In this document: positions 25,801 through 40,800 of the stretch, in pieces
How positions within the stretch are numbered: position 1 is the stretch's first letter
How the letters are laid out: the number at the start of each line of letters is the position of its first letter
NCBI RefSeq assembly: GCF_006345805.1
Contig: NC_043001.1
Coordinates: 87,544,001 to 87,608,000 of the forward strand
DNA from: Octopus sinensis
Lineage: Eukaryota
Length of the DNA stretch: 64,000 bases
Reading direction: 5' to 3'
Translations under genes and position numbers: made by a program
The notes under the pieces: generated by a model
Databases searched by the model: none
Seen by the model: only the letters and a program-made list of their open reading frames with translations
Told to the model about the DNA's origin: nothing

Positions 25801-28800
25801 GCATATATAACCAACAATATATTCAACAACTAATGATTAGTAATCGCATCATCAAAGTCTTGCATTTCATCTAGCCACCTTAATTATTATAATTTTCACT
25901 GTACAGCTGGTATTTGCTTGCCACTAATGATGGTATTTTAATAGTACCATCATTCTTATATTTATTTATAAATATATAGATAGGTAGATACAGAAAATAA
26001 TAAGGTAGCTAGACTCAATTCAAAGTCAAAAAGGAGATAATTCACCATCACTAAACAGTGATAAAGTGTGCAGGGGTCACCAATATGGCTAGAAATAAGA
26101 ATGAAAGAACTTTTTAGCCACAGAAAGCACATTTTTTTTTTATTAACTGACAGGGGAGACAACCTCTCCACCATAATTGAGTAGCATTCGATTGGCATGC
26201 CAATTTTGCATGAAATTTGATGGTAATGTGAAAATTATAAAATAATTAAGGTGGCTAGATGCAAATCAAAAGAAATAATTCACTGTCACTAAACAATGAC
26301 TTCACTACCCACAATGGAGTAAACATCTAGACATTTTAATTATTTTATAATTTTCACATTACCATTTTGTGGAATCAGCCACTGATTCCTATGGTAAAAT
26401 CTATATATACTGACAGAGTAGAATTTAACTTAACCAGCTTCAATGCCACAATGAAGTGAGTATTACTTGTGGGCATTAAATTTCATGCGAAATTGGCATG
26501 CCAATCTAATGCCACTCAATTGTGGTGGGGGTGTTGTCTCTCCTGTCAGTAAACAGAAAATGTGCTTCCTGTAGCTAAAGAGTTCTTTGACTCTTATTTC
26601 AAGCACCCTTTGTCACTGTTTAGTGATGGTGAATTAAAGATATATATGTGAAAGACTGGAAAAATTTGGTATACTTTTTTATAACATTCACCAGAAATTT
26701 CAAATTTATGTATGCCTAATTCAAATGAAACCTCTATACATATGATAAATTTAATTACTGTGAACATGATGTGCTTCATGAGGACACAGCTTGGATTATA
26801 GCCCCTTGCACACACACACACACATGTAATATATATATGTATCCATTCTCTTATCCATCCGTTTTAACTAGCCAACCTCTGTATCTGGTGTTCCTTCGGT
26901 TAGCATTCTCAGTCCGTCTCCTTCCTTTGTTGTTGTCTTTAGTCCTCCTCTTCATCTTTATCTTTCTTTTTCTCTTGCAAATATTCTGCAGTGAAGGAAA
27001 GTAATTTCCTCAAATGAGGTAATTCAAAAATATTTAAATCTAGATATGTGATCTTAGACATAAACAAATAGATATATTTACATGTGGCTATAAAACAGAT
27101 GAGTTATGGAAAAAGTATTTGATATTCTCTTTTGCTTCTCTTACATGTAATTAATTTGTGGTTGCATTCTGGCTTAATTAAAATGTGCTATCGCTGTTCT
27201 ACTTTCATTTATCTACGCTTGTGTGAATAGGATAGCTTTTGCTAATTTGAATTTAAACATTGGGAAAATTGTTCTTAGAGACAAATGTGTAGTAAAAGAA
27301 AATTCTTAATAATGAAGGTGGTGTTCTGGCATGGCCTTAACTGTGATAAACAAGAGGTAAAATTGTCATTCTCCCATCAAGCAGCTCACCTTAAACCTGG
27401 GTTGCTCTGCACTGTCAGGATTAGTGTTTAACGTTTTCTCTTCTGTGATGTTTACTGCAATAAAACATTTTTTTGACTTTTATTTTCAATGTTTTCTTTC
27501 TTTTTAACCAACAATTTTTTTCTCTTTCTCTTTCATTGACAGCAGGTCGAAGAGGGGCTGGATCACGTCCCTCGAGTGACGATGAAATTGACACACCTGA
27601 TAACCAAAGCGTTGTCAGTTCCATATCAGATGATGGTTACTTCCATCCCATTGCTGAAGAAGGACACGGTAATTATGTGTTATTTTTGTTATTATTAAGG
27701 TAGGGAGCTGGCAGAATTATTAGAGCATTGGAAAAACTGCTTGGCAGTATTTCTTTTGGCTCTTTCTATTCCGAGTTCAGCTCCATCTGACATCAACTAC
27801 GCTTTCCATTCCCCCATGATTTATAAAATAAAGTAACAGTCAAGTACTGTGGTTGATAGTATTCACTAACCTCTTTCTCCTCAAAATTATTTTGTGTCTT
27901 AATCAGAAGCCATTATTAAGATGATGAATAGTAGATATGGTAGTGTCAGATTAAATACCTTGCAACATTTAGTTACATTAGTGTATGCTCCAAGTAGAGA
28001 TCTCTCTTTTGTTTTTTCTTTCATTCCTCTAGGATTGGTATAGTTAGTTTAGGTTATGTATCAGTGTTGGAATATTTCACTATATCGCTTAACTTTCAAT
28101 TAAAAACTTATGTTTAGTATGTCTAAGAGCTTATGAATCGACCTTGTACTAATGTAAATCATATTATTTATTTTATATTATAATGAAGGCAGTTTGACAG
28201 GGTTTTTTTTTTTTGTTAATTTGAACATAATTGTGGCATAGTGTCTTTATTTTGTTTTGTTTTTTTATTTTACAGTTGACAGGTTTTCGTATTATTAATT
28301 CAAGTGATGAAAGATGTCTTTTTTTTATTAGATAAGCATATGCTGAGTTGTATGCCCTGCTAGAGAGCTGATCATGATAACTAGTTGTAATAAAGTTTTA
28401 ACTCCTGGTCAGTCTGTGAAACATTGGTGGCTCTTAACCTGTCAGCCAGCCTGAAACAACTTTTGGTTCTGTAATGCATGCTTCTTGTTTTAAAGTGGTC
28501 TAAATGAGAACTTACAATTAAAATTTCATGTTGATTTTTCTAAGCACTAGCTTAATTATAACAGTTATTTTATTCCATTTGTCATAATTTTCAAAATTAA
28601 TTGAGGCAGAGGCAGTGTATTTCAATAGGAACATTATGGCAAAATGATTAAGTATATATTGGGTCATCCCATAAATAATGCAGTTTTTTCAATTGCATGA
28701 ACTAAAAGTCGGAGGGGGACAGGATAAATTACCGGCATCAACTTGCTATAAAAGCAGGTAGTAATTTTACTTTGTACTTATTCTTAGTGCAAATGTTGAA

Positions 28801-31800
28801 GAGTGCATTTACATTTTAACTTATTTTTTCAGAGCCATAATAGAAGTGATAAAGGAGCATATTTGACATATTTTGCTTTATGAGTTCAATAAAGGCAACA
28901 ACGGAAAGTGCAAGGAATATTAATGTATTAGATAAGGATCAGGCAATTTAGCCAGTGTCAATAGTGGTTCCAGAAATTCTGAGCTGGAAACTACAGCCCA
29001 GAAGACGAGCCTCATCCTGGAAGATTTGTAGAGCTTGACAAGGACATCCTGCAAACCCTGGTGGAACAAAATCCCATCATAACTATTGAGGAACTAGCAG
29101 AGAAGCTTAGATTTGGTTATTCAACCATTCTTCAACACCTGCATGCCATCGGATAAGTCAGCAAATTCAGTCAATGGGTTCCTCACAAACTTTCCAAGTC
29201 TCATCACAGAGTGAATGTGTGCTCTTTTTTGCTGTCACATCTCACAAATGAACCTTTTTAGGACCAAGTTGTGACTGGTGACTAGAAATGGGTTCTCTAA
29301 AAATGTCGAGCGCAGAAGACACTGGGTAGGAAAAGGAGAAACACTGGCACCCTCAGCTAAAGGTCTTCACTCTTGCAAGGTGTTGTTATCTGTTTGGTAG
29401 GACAGGAATGGTTTAATCCACTTTGAACTTCTAAGCCCAAACCAAACGATAACAAAGATCTGCAAGCAACTAGAGTGGCTTAAGTCAGCACTAGAAGGAA
29501 AATGACCATCTTTGATTTTCAAGACGTAAGGTGTTCTTCCATCAGGATAATGCTTGGACACGTACAGCGAGGATGACATTCCAAAGGCTGGAGTAGTTTG
29601 AATGGGAAACTATGCTTCACCCACCATATTTGCCAGACATTACCCCATCTGATTATCACTTATTCTGCAGTCATTTGGACAGAAAATATATGAATTCTGT
29701 AGACGAGGTCAGAACAGTACTGGAGGAGTATTTTTCATCACAGACAGGTGAATTTAGGAAGAGGAACCTTGCAAGTCTAGTAGATAGATGGAAGAGCATT
29801 GTAGAAAATGGAGAGTATATTTTAGATTAAAAAAGGAACTTTGTTTATCTTAATTTTGAAAAATAAAAGTATAAAAAAACTTTATAGAGTGACCCAATAT
29901 TTCTGTGTTCTTTTAACAGAGTAGCCTAAGTGGTCTGTTATTTGTGTCTGTACATATACACCTGCATGCACAAATAGATCCAACTTACTGTAGACCAATA
30001 GTATGTTCATGGGCACAAATGGCCAGCATTTTTGTAGGTGATTAAGAGAATTTATGAAGTGAAGCTTCAGTGAGTTACTTTGTCTATTATAAGCTGTTTT
30101 GAAACTGGAGATTTGGCTGTCAATTGCTGAAGTCTGGGTCTCCGGATTCACTTAAATTTCATTCCTCCTAATAATGTTTACTGCTTTTGAATCATTTTCA
30201 CAACAGTGAGATTTTGTGGCAGAAATAGTTTTGTCTTTGAAATGTAGAGAAAACATTTTGAGTGTGAGTTGACAGTGGTGTGCAATAATGAAACCAACAG
30301 TGGTTAGATTGCATTAAAAATAAGATTGTTTGTTTTAGATGCTGATGGAGAGGTGGATGAGTCAACAGTACAGCAGAATTTTGAGGACAACTTGAGAGAA
30401 TGTATTGATGGACTCATGGAAAAAAGGTAAGCATAGATTTACTGATCTGGTGAAAGTGGGATGGGGGTGCAGTCAGCCCTGATTTACCAGGGTTCCAACT
30501 GTAACCATCCCGTCTTTCATTGAGATATAGTGTATATAGGACTACATTACCTAATGGGCCTACTCAAATGGTATACTCCAGAGCAGCCCCTATCCTTATC
30601 AAGCAATTCAGTCTTTGAAAATACACTACTTTCATATTCCCAAGATAATCAACTTTTCTGGATCTGCTAAATACTACCAACCTAACACTTCCAACATCTC
30701 AAAGTTGATGGAGAGAAGTTGACTGTTTCCAACACCTTAAGTATTTTCCCCTTCTTCAATAACTGCTAGTATACCTTCTGTAGATCCAAATCTACTAGAG
30801 ACCTACTTTGTCACTCCTGGTCCCTTGCTCTTTGGAAGGTTAGCAAAAGTTGTGCTTATACATGATTTTAGTTCATGTTACCCACTTGACAAATTTGTTG
30901 TTACTTTTAGCACTACTCACTTTCATGCAAATGACATCACTCTTTATTTAGGGTCTTACACGACCTTTGTAGAGGATTAGCAACTGATTGCTGCTGAAGT
31001 ATGATTATAGAATTAAATATCATTATACATATGGATGCAGATATAACTGTGGTTAAGAAATTGGCTTCACAACCACAAGATTTTGAGTTCACTTCCATTG
31101 CATGTGTTCTCTATAGCCTCAGGCCAACCAAATCCTTGCGAGTGGATTTCGAGGATGGAAACAGAAGCCTGTTGTGTGTGTGTGTGTGTGCATGGTTGTG
31201 CCTCCTTGACTTGACATTGCTTGATAGTTGTAAATGAGTCTCACTACTATGCAAGTGGTGTCATTCATTTCCAATCTTCCATGAAAACATCTGGTTGTGT
31301 GGAAATATTACTTCACTTGGAAGTAAGTGAGAGTTCGTGACAGGAAGGACATCTAGCCATAGAAAAATTTGCATCAGTGAAATTCTTCTGACCCTAGCAA
31401 ACATGAAAAAGTGGGCAGTAAAATGACGACAAGATGGTTTGAATTGCTTTTATATTCATAAATGGAGGATTTAAAATTTTGAGGATTAATATAAGACTGC
31501 ATTAGATATATTGAGTATGTTGAATTTTCTTTCAAAAAAGCAGAATGCCTAGGATGTTAAGATGCTGGACTTTTGGTCACATACATAATCATGGGTTGAA
31601 ACCTAGTACTATAGCCAATGGTTGCACCTTCTTAGGAAGGCCCATAGCTTCTTTTGCAATTTTACATTTTCTTTCCCCCCTCCATACTTAAAGTTCAATT
31701 ACTATTTGTTGGAGTACAACTTTTACTGCTGGATGTCCCCCCTCTCTTGAGGTAGTAATGGGACTTGTTTTATGTCTGGAAATTTGGGTTCTCTTATTTG

Positions 31801-34800
31801 GATGCACAACACAATAGCAGTAAGGTTTTTAAATTTATGACCATCTTACTAGTCCAGCACCTTGATCAAAACAAACATTCTTTATATCAGCATCCACATG
31901 TTTAAATAATAGCCTTTAAAAATTCCACTAATTGAAATTTAGCTATAATCAATTTTTTTTTTATCTGTGATATCTGCTAAGTGTTGTGGAAATAAAAAAA
32001 CAACTCCTGTCATATCAACTGCATCATAATAGAATCATTAAAAGAACAAATATATGTAATTTTATCATAAAATAATAATAGTGATTTATAGTGAATCTAA
32101 GTGCCTCTGCTTCTATAAATGGCGATGTTTGTGGCCAAATGCTTTTCTCAAACCTATTTTTTCTTTGATTATATTCCAGTCAACAAACGCGTATCAACTG
32201 TTTAAACAACCTTATCAAAGCTCTTTCCACCAAATACATTTGTGACTTTCTCTTGAATGTGTGAGTAGATCCTCTTTCATTTCTTTCTATTTTGTTGCTG
32301 TAAACAGTTTTATTGGATAAAGATCTGGGAAATGCTACACTTTGTTTTATATAATGAAATGTACTGCAGCTCGTTTTGAGTGAGGCCAACAAAGATAGAG
32401 CTTGCTTTGATGTTTGATTGTACTTTCAATATTTTCACTAATAATTTGCATCTTTTCTTGTAGTTTACTTTATGACAGCACATAGTCTTGTGGTTAAGAT
32501 GTTTACTTTGCAATCACTATGTTCCAGGTTCAGTTTCACTTAGCATAAACTTCAGGTAGATTTAAGCTTTGTGAATGAAATTAGGTAGAGGAAAACACCA
32601 GAAAACTTTCAGATTGGCTGCTTGCTGTGATCTGAAGGTTCAATCTTGTCATATTGTGCTGTGCTGGTTCTGCTTGAATATAATTAAGGGAATAAACACC
32701 TCATTGATGTTTTGAGCTGTCTGGGATGCATTGAACTCATATTCATAAACAACACGAATTTTTGTATTCATGGGTTCATAAAAATTGATTTACTAGAGAA
32801 AACTCACAATATAATCAGACACCATGAATTGCATTTTGAAAAGTGATGATGTAACTTTTCAATGTTGTAAAACAAAGAATAGTCAGGATAAACATTAGAG
32901 TTAACGGCTGTCTAACTTGGTGCTTATTCCTAAATCAGAAACTTATTTCTAGTTCTTTCTGTTGTGGGTCCAAATCCAGTTGAGACTAACTTTTTTCCAT
33001 TCTTCTGGAGTCAATACTATTCAAGTGCTAGAGCCAATGATATCAACTAACATCTACCCTTCAGAATTGCTGGCTTTGTGCCTAATTCAGAAACTTATGG
33101 TGGCAAGCTGGCAGAATCAGTAGAATTGTATTGCTTGTTACTTTGTGAAATGTATAACTATCTCCTGTTTCTGTTCTTCCTTAAATCTGTTTTAATGCCT
33201 CCTTAAGAAATGATGATAGTGAAATCTGTACTAAAGATGAATAATATTACTGTAATTTTGTTGACATTTCCAAGTTCATATCCTAACATCCATTCCAGGC
33301 TTCAGAAAAATGCAGTGGTGGATTGGCAGTTGTTCCAACTCTCTAGTGTTCAAGTTCAAGACCTGCCACAGTCAATTTTGTCTTTCTTCATTTTAGGGTC
33401 GATAAACCGTAGTACTATTCCAGGCTGGTTATCATTTAATGTTTGTTCTCCATATTGGCATAGGTTGGATGGTTTGACAGGAGCTGGCAAGCCAGAGGTC
33501 TGCATCAAGCTCCACTATCTGTTTTGGCATTGTTTTTACTACTGGATGCCCTTTTTAATGCTAATCAATTTACAGATTGGACTGGATACTTTTTGTATGG
33601 CACCAGCACTGGGGAGGTCTGTTTTGTCATGCTTTTTATGGTTAGATGTCCTTCCTAATGCCAACCATTTTACACAGTGGACTGCAGGCTTTTTATGTGG
33701 CACCAGCATAGGCAAGGTTTGTTTCGACATGGCTTTTACAGCTGGATGCCCTTCCTAATACCAACCACTTTATAAATTGGACTGGGTACTTTTTATGTAG
33801 CACCCAGTCCACTCTGTAAACTAGTTGGCATTAGGAAAGCAAGCCTTGGACAGAATGCCTTGTATCTTTCCTAGCTATGTTTATCCTATGTTCAAATCTT
33901 TCCATCATCACTGTAAAACTGACGTATTTGTCAAAAGTTGCAACCATTGTATAATGTCAGCAATTTGAAAAACCATTGGAAACACTGTTTCTTTGATTCA
34001 TTTGGAAGATTGACTGACACCACTGTCACCAATATGAGGTTAAAAAGTATTTATTGAATTCTTTAAGACTACCTGGATCAGACTTAATCCCAGAAATTTA
34101 TCTCTTTCTTTCTCTCTCTCTCCCCAGCAAATTCACAATTGTAGAGAGTCTATTACGTCTCTTGAAGAAGGGCAAATGTGAGGAACAGGTACTGGCTGCC
34201 CATTGTGTGGGTCAACTTTTTGTCCAGCTTGGAGAAGACAGCAAAGACTTGTTTGAAGATGTGCGAGAGACGTTGATGCACCTGCTAAATGACCATGCCA
34301 GCTCTGTAAAAGCTCGTCAAAAGGTAACCATTAATTATAGGATAATTTTGACACCTGAAAAATCTTGAATTTGTTGACCATGTCATAGGTACAGCTACAT
34401 CTCGCCACTAAGCAGTGCAAGCACAGTGTAGACACAGGAGGCTTGAGTCAGAGTACTGGATATCTGTCCAAAGGGATTGGAATCAAATCCTGTCTCTACT
34501 ACTCCATTGTATCCATAACCAAGACACATGATTGTCAACAGTTCAATCCACCTAGCTGTAAGTATGTACTACACAATATTGTGAGTGCAGTATTATAATT
34601 AGCTGGGTACCACTCTGTATATAAGCAATGGCCATACTGATTTTTTCTGTCATTGATTTTGTTGTCTTACTTTGTAGTGTTGTTCACTAAATTGCACATC
34701 ATGTCTACATTATTAGTGCTTCTGTTATGACTCAAGCACTGCACACTATCAAAAGAAGTGCCACCATTATAATGTCTACTAATAAGTAACTGGACTTGGT

Positions 34801-37800
34801 CATTGACTTATGTTGCTGTTGATAGGATCAAGTTTGCCACATTTTTGTTTTAAATGTTTTATCAAACTGGATAACTTCCACAAATTAGAAAAAAAAATTT
34901 AGATTCCCAGGTTTTAAAAAAAAACAACTTATTATTATTAAAGTTATAGGTTTGGCCAAAACTTCTCATAGCCCTATAGTTTGTGTTCTTTACACTTTAG
35001 AATTATCATCTAATAATAGTTTTTAATGTTGCATTTTTTAAATTCCTCTTTAAAAGAGATGAAGAAATATTTCTCCTCGTGAGGGCTTTCCAATGTTTTT
35101 GTATTCTGACATTTAGGTGCCTCATAGACACTAGGTGGTATAGATGAAGAGGCATTCTTGGGTAGGTTTAACTTTGAGAAATATATAAATGTTTTTAAGA
35201 ATTTCATCTCCAAATTTAAGGTGAATAGTGTGAAGAATTATAGTCCTGTTTACAGCAGCTTACCATAGCAATATTATTTAGATTTTTAAGTAATAGGTTG
35301 TTCTATTTTGTGTCCATTACACAACTAATACTCTTCAATTTCGTTTCTCTCTGCAGTGTGCCGATACTTTATCCATATGTAGCTTTGTCGCTTGCCGTGA
35401 TGTGTTGGTAAGGACTTTTTGTTTTATTTACTCTACGTTTCTTTCACAGGCAGACACAGGTGGCTCGAGCCAGGGTATTGGGTAACTGTCCGCAAGGATT
35501 GAGGACAAATCCTGTCTCTACTATTTGACTGTATCCACAACCAAAACGTATGACAATCAACAGTCCAGTCCTCCTAGCTGTAAGTAGGTACCACACGATA
35601 TTGTGAGTGCATAGTACTACGATTTGCATACCCATATAATTATGTGTGCAATATTATAATCAGTTAGGTACCACTCTGTATATAAACAAGGCTGCTGCCA
35701 TTGTTTATATACACAGAAATATATGTGTGTGTGTGTGTGAGTGTGCATGCTGGGTAATATAACAGCTTGTGATGATACTTATAATGTCTAGTTATAAAAA
35801 AGTAAAGCATGGAAAATTGGAACTAGTTTCAGTGCCCTTTAGAGAGTTATGTCTATCAAACATGAGCTGCACAGCATTGAGACATAACAGAGGAAGTGCT
35901 GTATTTAAAGTAGTGATAACATTGCTGTGTTTTGTTTTGTTTTCCATAATCAAAGAACAGTGGGAAAGACTGGATTGTAAAAGTATGGAGAATTTGATGC
36001 TTATATTAAAACTACAGAATTTGCTCTGGGCCATCCTGTACTTTATCTTTTATTGAGTTCAGTCCTTGGACTGCAGCCTTGCTGGGGTACAACCATGAAG
36101 ACCTAGTCAAGCAAATTAATCCTAGTATTTATTTTTTCAAATTGGGTCTTTATTCTGTTGGTCTCTATTGGGGTGGGTAAGTACAAAGACACATACACAC
36201 GCACATATATATGACAGTCTTCCACAATTCCATCTATCAAATCCACTCATAAAGCATTGGTTGGCTTGAAACTATAGTAGAAGACACTTACCCAAGATGC
36301 TGCACAGTGGGACTGAATCCCAAAACCATGTGATTGCAAAATAAGCTTCTTAACCACACAGCCATTTCAATGTCTACAGTGATTTTTTTTTTTTTTTATC
36401 ATGATATAAAATTTTAATTAAAATACAATGCAACAAGAGAAAAATTGCAATGAAATAATGTAAAAATCAACAGTATAAAATAATACATAAAGATTAGTCC
36501 ACATTTCTCAATAAGGAGTTTAGGGCCAGTTTCTCTGGCCTATATATTTTCCTCTCTTGATAGGACACTGATCTGTTACAGGATTAATCATTTTTACCTG
36601 CTGAGTGGACTGGGGCAACATGAAATGAAGTGTTTTGCTCAAGAACACAACACATCATCCAGTCCAGGAATCAAAACTACAATCTTATGATCATGAGTCT
36701 AACCATAAAGTCATGCCCCGCTCTCCCCAAAAATGAATAATTAACTAAAAATTTAATTCCTATATACAACAACTATGGATGATATAAAAACAATCTACAT
36801 ATAAATTTACTTGGAAAGTAGCTCATTTTTGCTTATCTTGTTTTAACCCTTTAGCATTCAACTTATTTTGTTAAGTGTGATGCTTATTTATAAACATTAT
36901 TTTGAATTAATCATGTATTACCTTGTAAGTTTAAGATTTTGTTGATGCAATTGTATATTTTTAGAATGATGTTGTAGAATAGGTGTGAGAGGTTATATCT
37001 GGTCAATTTGAACATAAAACAGGTCAAATGTTTCAGCTGGATACGGCCAGCTTAAATGCTAAAGGGTCAAACAGTTTTTACTTCATTTCTTTTCCATTTG
37101 CATTGCCTGGTCAATGATGTTTTCATCACTGGAAAAGCTGTTGGACAAATAACAATTAAAAAGAATTGTTTTATCTCAACCTAATTTTTGCTATCTTGGA
37201 AACACAGATATTTACAGCATGATGTTAATCTATCTGTTTACTTAAATTTATTCTCTTTAATTTCCTACTGAAATCAGAAGTGCAATGTGTAGGTCGTCTA
37301 CAGTAAAATAGAACTCCAAGTGTAATACAAAGCAACTAAATATCTAAACCAACATATCTTTATAAGCAGTAGCACAATCATTATCAGATCACAAAATTTT
37401 GGTGGTTACCTACGTATTTTGTCATGAGGCCTACAAGGAGTAAATATTTTATAGGTTGTCATCATCATTATGCTTGCATGAGTCAGACGGAATTATTCAT
37501 TGGGGTGAGAATACTATGGCTGGATGCCCTTCCTGTTGCCAACCATTACATGTGTCCTTTCAAGGTGATATTTCTGTAAAGCCAGAGATTTTCACTGAAT
37601 ATTGGAAACAAACAGCACTATTTATATGACAGTGATGCTCCTTTACAACTAACGTGATGTTGAAACAAAGACAAATACAATGAGTTTCTTTCAGCTTGCA
37701 TCTACAAATTCACTCACAAGTCTTTAGTTGGTCTGTGTGTATAGTAGGTGACACTTATACAAATTGCCATGCATTGGAAATGCACCCAAAACTGTGTAGT

Positions 37801-40800
37801 TGAGAAGCAAACTGCTTAATCACACAGGCATGCCTGCACCTTTATTGTTATAATTATTAAGACCAGGAGAATAAGTTATGTACTTAAAAACAAGGGTTGG
37901 CATCAGGAAGAGTATCCAGCTGTAGAGTACTGTCTCAAGAATTTTTGTCTCATCAATGCTAGCATGGAAAAAGGGCAGATATAAAAGTGGCGATACTAAT
38001 ATATATCTATTGTAGAATATCAGCCCTTGCTATATTTGGAACAAACAAATTTATCCTTCATCTACAAAGAAGCAATTTTCTAGTTTTAATATTATACACC
38101 TTGGAAAGGCAGTGAGCTGGCAGAAGCATTTTCATGCCAGGCAAAATGCTTATCACTATTTTGTCTGTCTTTACATTCTGAGTTCAAAATCCACCAAGGT
38201 TGACTTTGCCTTTCATCTTTTCAAGGTTGATAAATTAAGTATCAGTTGAACACTGGGGTCAATGTGATCAACTTAGCCCCGTCCCTCGAAATTGCTGGCC
38301 TTGTGCCAAAATTTGAAATCAACATTATATTCCTTGTCTGTTTTAATTGTCTTTTGATTCATATTAGCTGGAATGCGCAAGTTCATAATTGATGATGATT
38401 ATGATGACTGTACTATTTTACCAAACGTCTGTATTTGATTTAATATTTTAATAAAATTATCCATTTATTTCAGATGATGCGTAAAATCATGGGTTCACTG
38501 GAGCAAGTATTCAAAGAATCTTACCTGAAGAACCAGAAGGCCAACACCAACCAAAATGATCCTTTCTCTAGTCTCTATTCTAGTGCTTTGTCAGCTTGGA
38601 CTTTACTACTATCAATTGCACCCAACAGCTACATAGCAGAAATGGTTGACAGGTTTGTCTTATAACTATTTACAAAATCACATGTGCATGTTCACTCACA
38701 CATTTCCTCACTGTTGGAGTCCCATGATTTTGGGACACCACACTTAAAGATAGGTTGGTCAACTTGAAATGCCAATTTATTTCATTTGATCAGTCAGAAT
38801 TAGAGAGTAAGCTGATTGTATGAACACCAAATTAGAAGTTAAAATTGTGGATTCTTCTTATAATGTTTGATGTGCTGTTTGTCATAATAACATATGTCCT
38901 GCACATCAGGACAGGCATAGATGTATGGATGAAAAAATTGCTTCCTATCCATGTTGTTTCAGATTCAATCCCATTGTATGGCACCTTGGGCAGGTATCTT
39001 CTAATGTAGCTTGGAGCCAACCATATTGTTGTGAATGAATTTGGTAGACAGAAGCTTCAAGAAGTCTGTTGTATGTGTCTTTGTTTAGATGTAGCTTGAT
39101 GGTTGTAAATGAGTGTCATTTGTTTCTAGTCTTTTGTGAAAAACGTATCTGGCCATGGGAAAATATTACTTTGCTTGGAAATTAGTGAAGTTTGGTGACA
39201 GGAAGGGCACCTATTTGTAGAAAATTGGCCTCAGCAAATTCTGACCTATTCAAGCATGGAAAAGTGGACATTAAAGCAATGAGGTCTAAAATACAACAAA
39301 AGATTTTCTGTGAACATGTAGAACAAGAGGAGTAAAAAACGAGAAGCAACTTTAACATGACTTACCTGTTTACTGTGTTTGGCTCCTCATGTCTCTTTTG
39401 TGACTTGTAGCAACATACGTTTTCTGGTAGATCTGCTGAATCACTCTGTTTTCAAACAACTCTCATCTAATCTCTCTATCTTAATTAGCATTAGAAACAT
39501 ATTTTTGTTGCAGTTGATAAGAATGATTGTTGAATGGCAAAATGCAATTTTCAAATTACATGTGTGTATGTGGCATGGCTGTGTTGTTTGGTTAAGAAGT
39601 TAGCTTTGCAACTACATGCTTTCAGGTTGAGTCCCACTGTGCAACACCCTCGATTTTCTACTATAACCTAAGGTTGACCAAAGCCTTGATAGAAGGAAAC
39701 TGAATGAAACCAATTGTGTTTACGTTTGTGTTCTGTGGAAGTTGCAAGCTATGAGCAGTGTTGTCACTTCTCTGTCAACAAAATGTTCTCTTGCTGTGTA
39801 CTTTTGAAGATGTTAAATATGACCTTTATCTGAAAAACAGGTAACGGTTACTGACAGGTGAGACATCCAGCTGTAAAACACTGTCTCAATAATATATACG
39901 TTTAAGCCATGCTAACATTGAAAAACAGCAAATTTACTAAATTTCAATCACAAGGCAATGGTCAGTCTGAGGCTTTAATAGAAGATATTTCTTCAGGTGC
40001 CATGCTGTGAAATCAAACCCAAAATCACGCGGTTACGAAGCAAACTTCTTAATTATATGGCCAAACTTGTGCTTATTGATTTTTCATGAAGCAAGAAAAC
40101 AGTTTGCTGTATGATCTAGTTCCCTCCAAATCTTTGATGTAGCATGTGATGGTGAACCTTTTAGCCATCATATTCGTTGTTGGCATTAGGAAAAGCATCC
40201 ATCCATGGAACCCATCACAAAGAAGACATTGGTACATGACCCACAATCCTTTAACTTGTCAGACCTTGTCTAACTGTCTAGATACTGATGATGATATCAC
40301 AACAGTTGTAAGAGTCCCATCTGAAAAAGTTAAGTTTAGTTTTGTTTTTTTTAATTTTTAATATGTATATTTTTATGTTGTTGACTGTAAAATTATATTT
40401 CTGGAATTTTAAAGTTAGATCATCTTGTACATGGCAAACAGAATTCGGGTGTGTACACACAAACTATTATTAAAAATTTTTTTTTTTTTGCAGCCATTTG
40501 GGTAATGTAATAAGTATGTTAGAGAGTCCAGATGTGGAACTAAGAATTGTGGCAGGAGAAACTATTGCACTGATGTATGAATTACAGCGAGGTATTGACC
40601 AGGTAAATATACTTGCCCTTTATCTCTCTTTTTCCCTCTCACTATTTCCCTAACTGCTACATTGAACTAACTGCCTTTCCATATCTAACCTGTGTTCAGA
40701 CTTTAAGTCTTGGTTTGGTCAGTTAAATAAGTTCCTATAATCTGCTGAAGTCATCTATTCAGGAGATAGAGTTCCTTCCTTTGTTTTCAACAAATCATAT

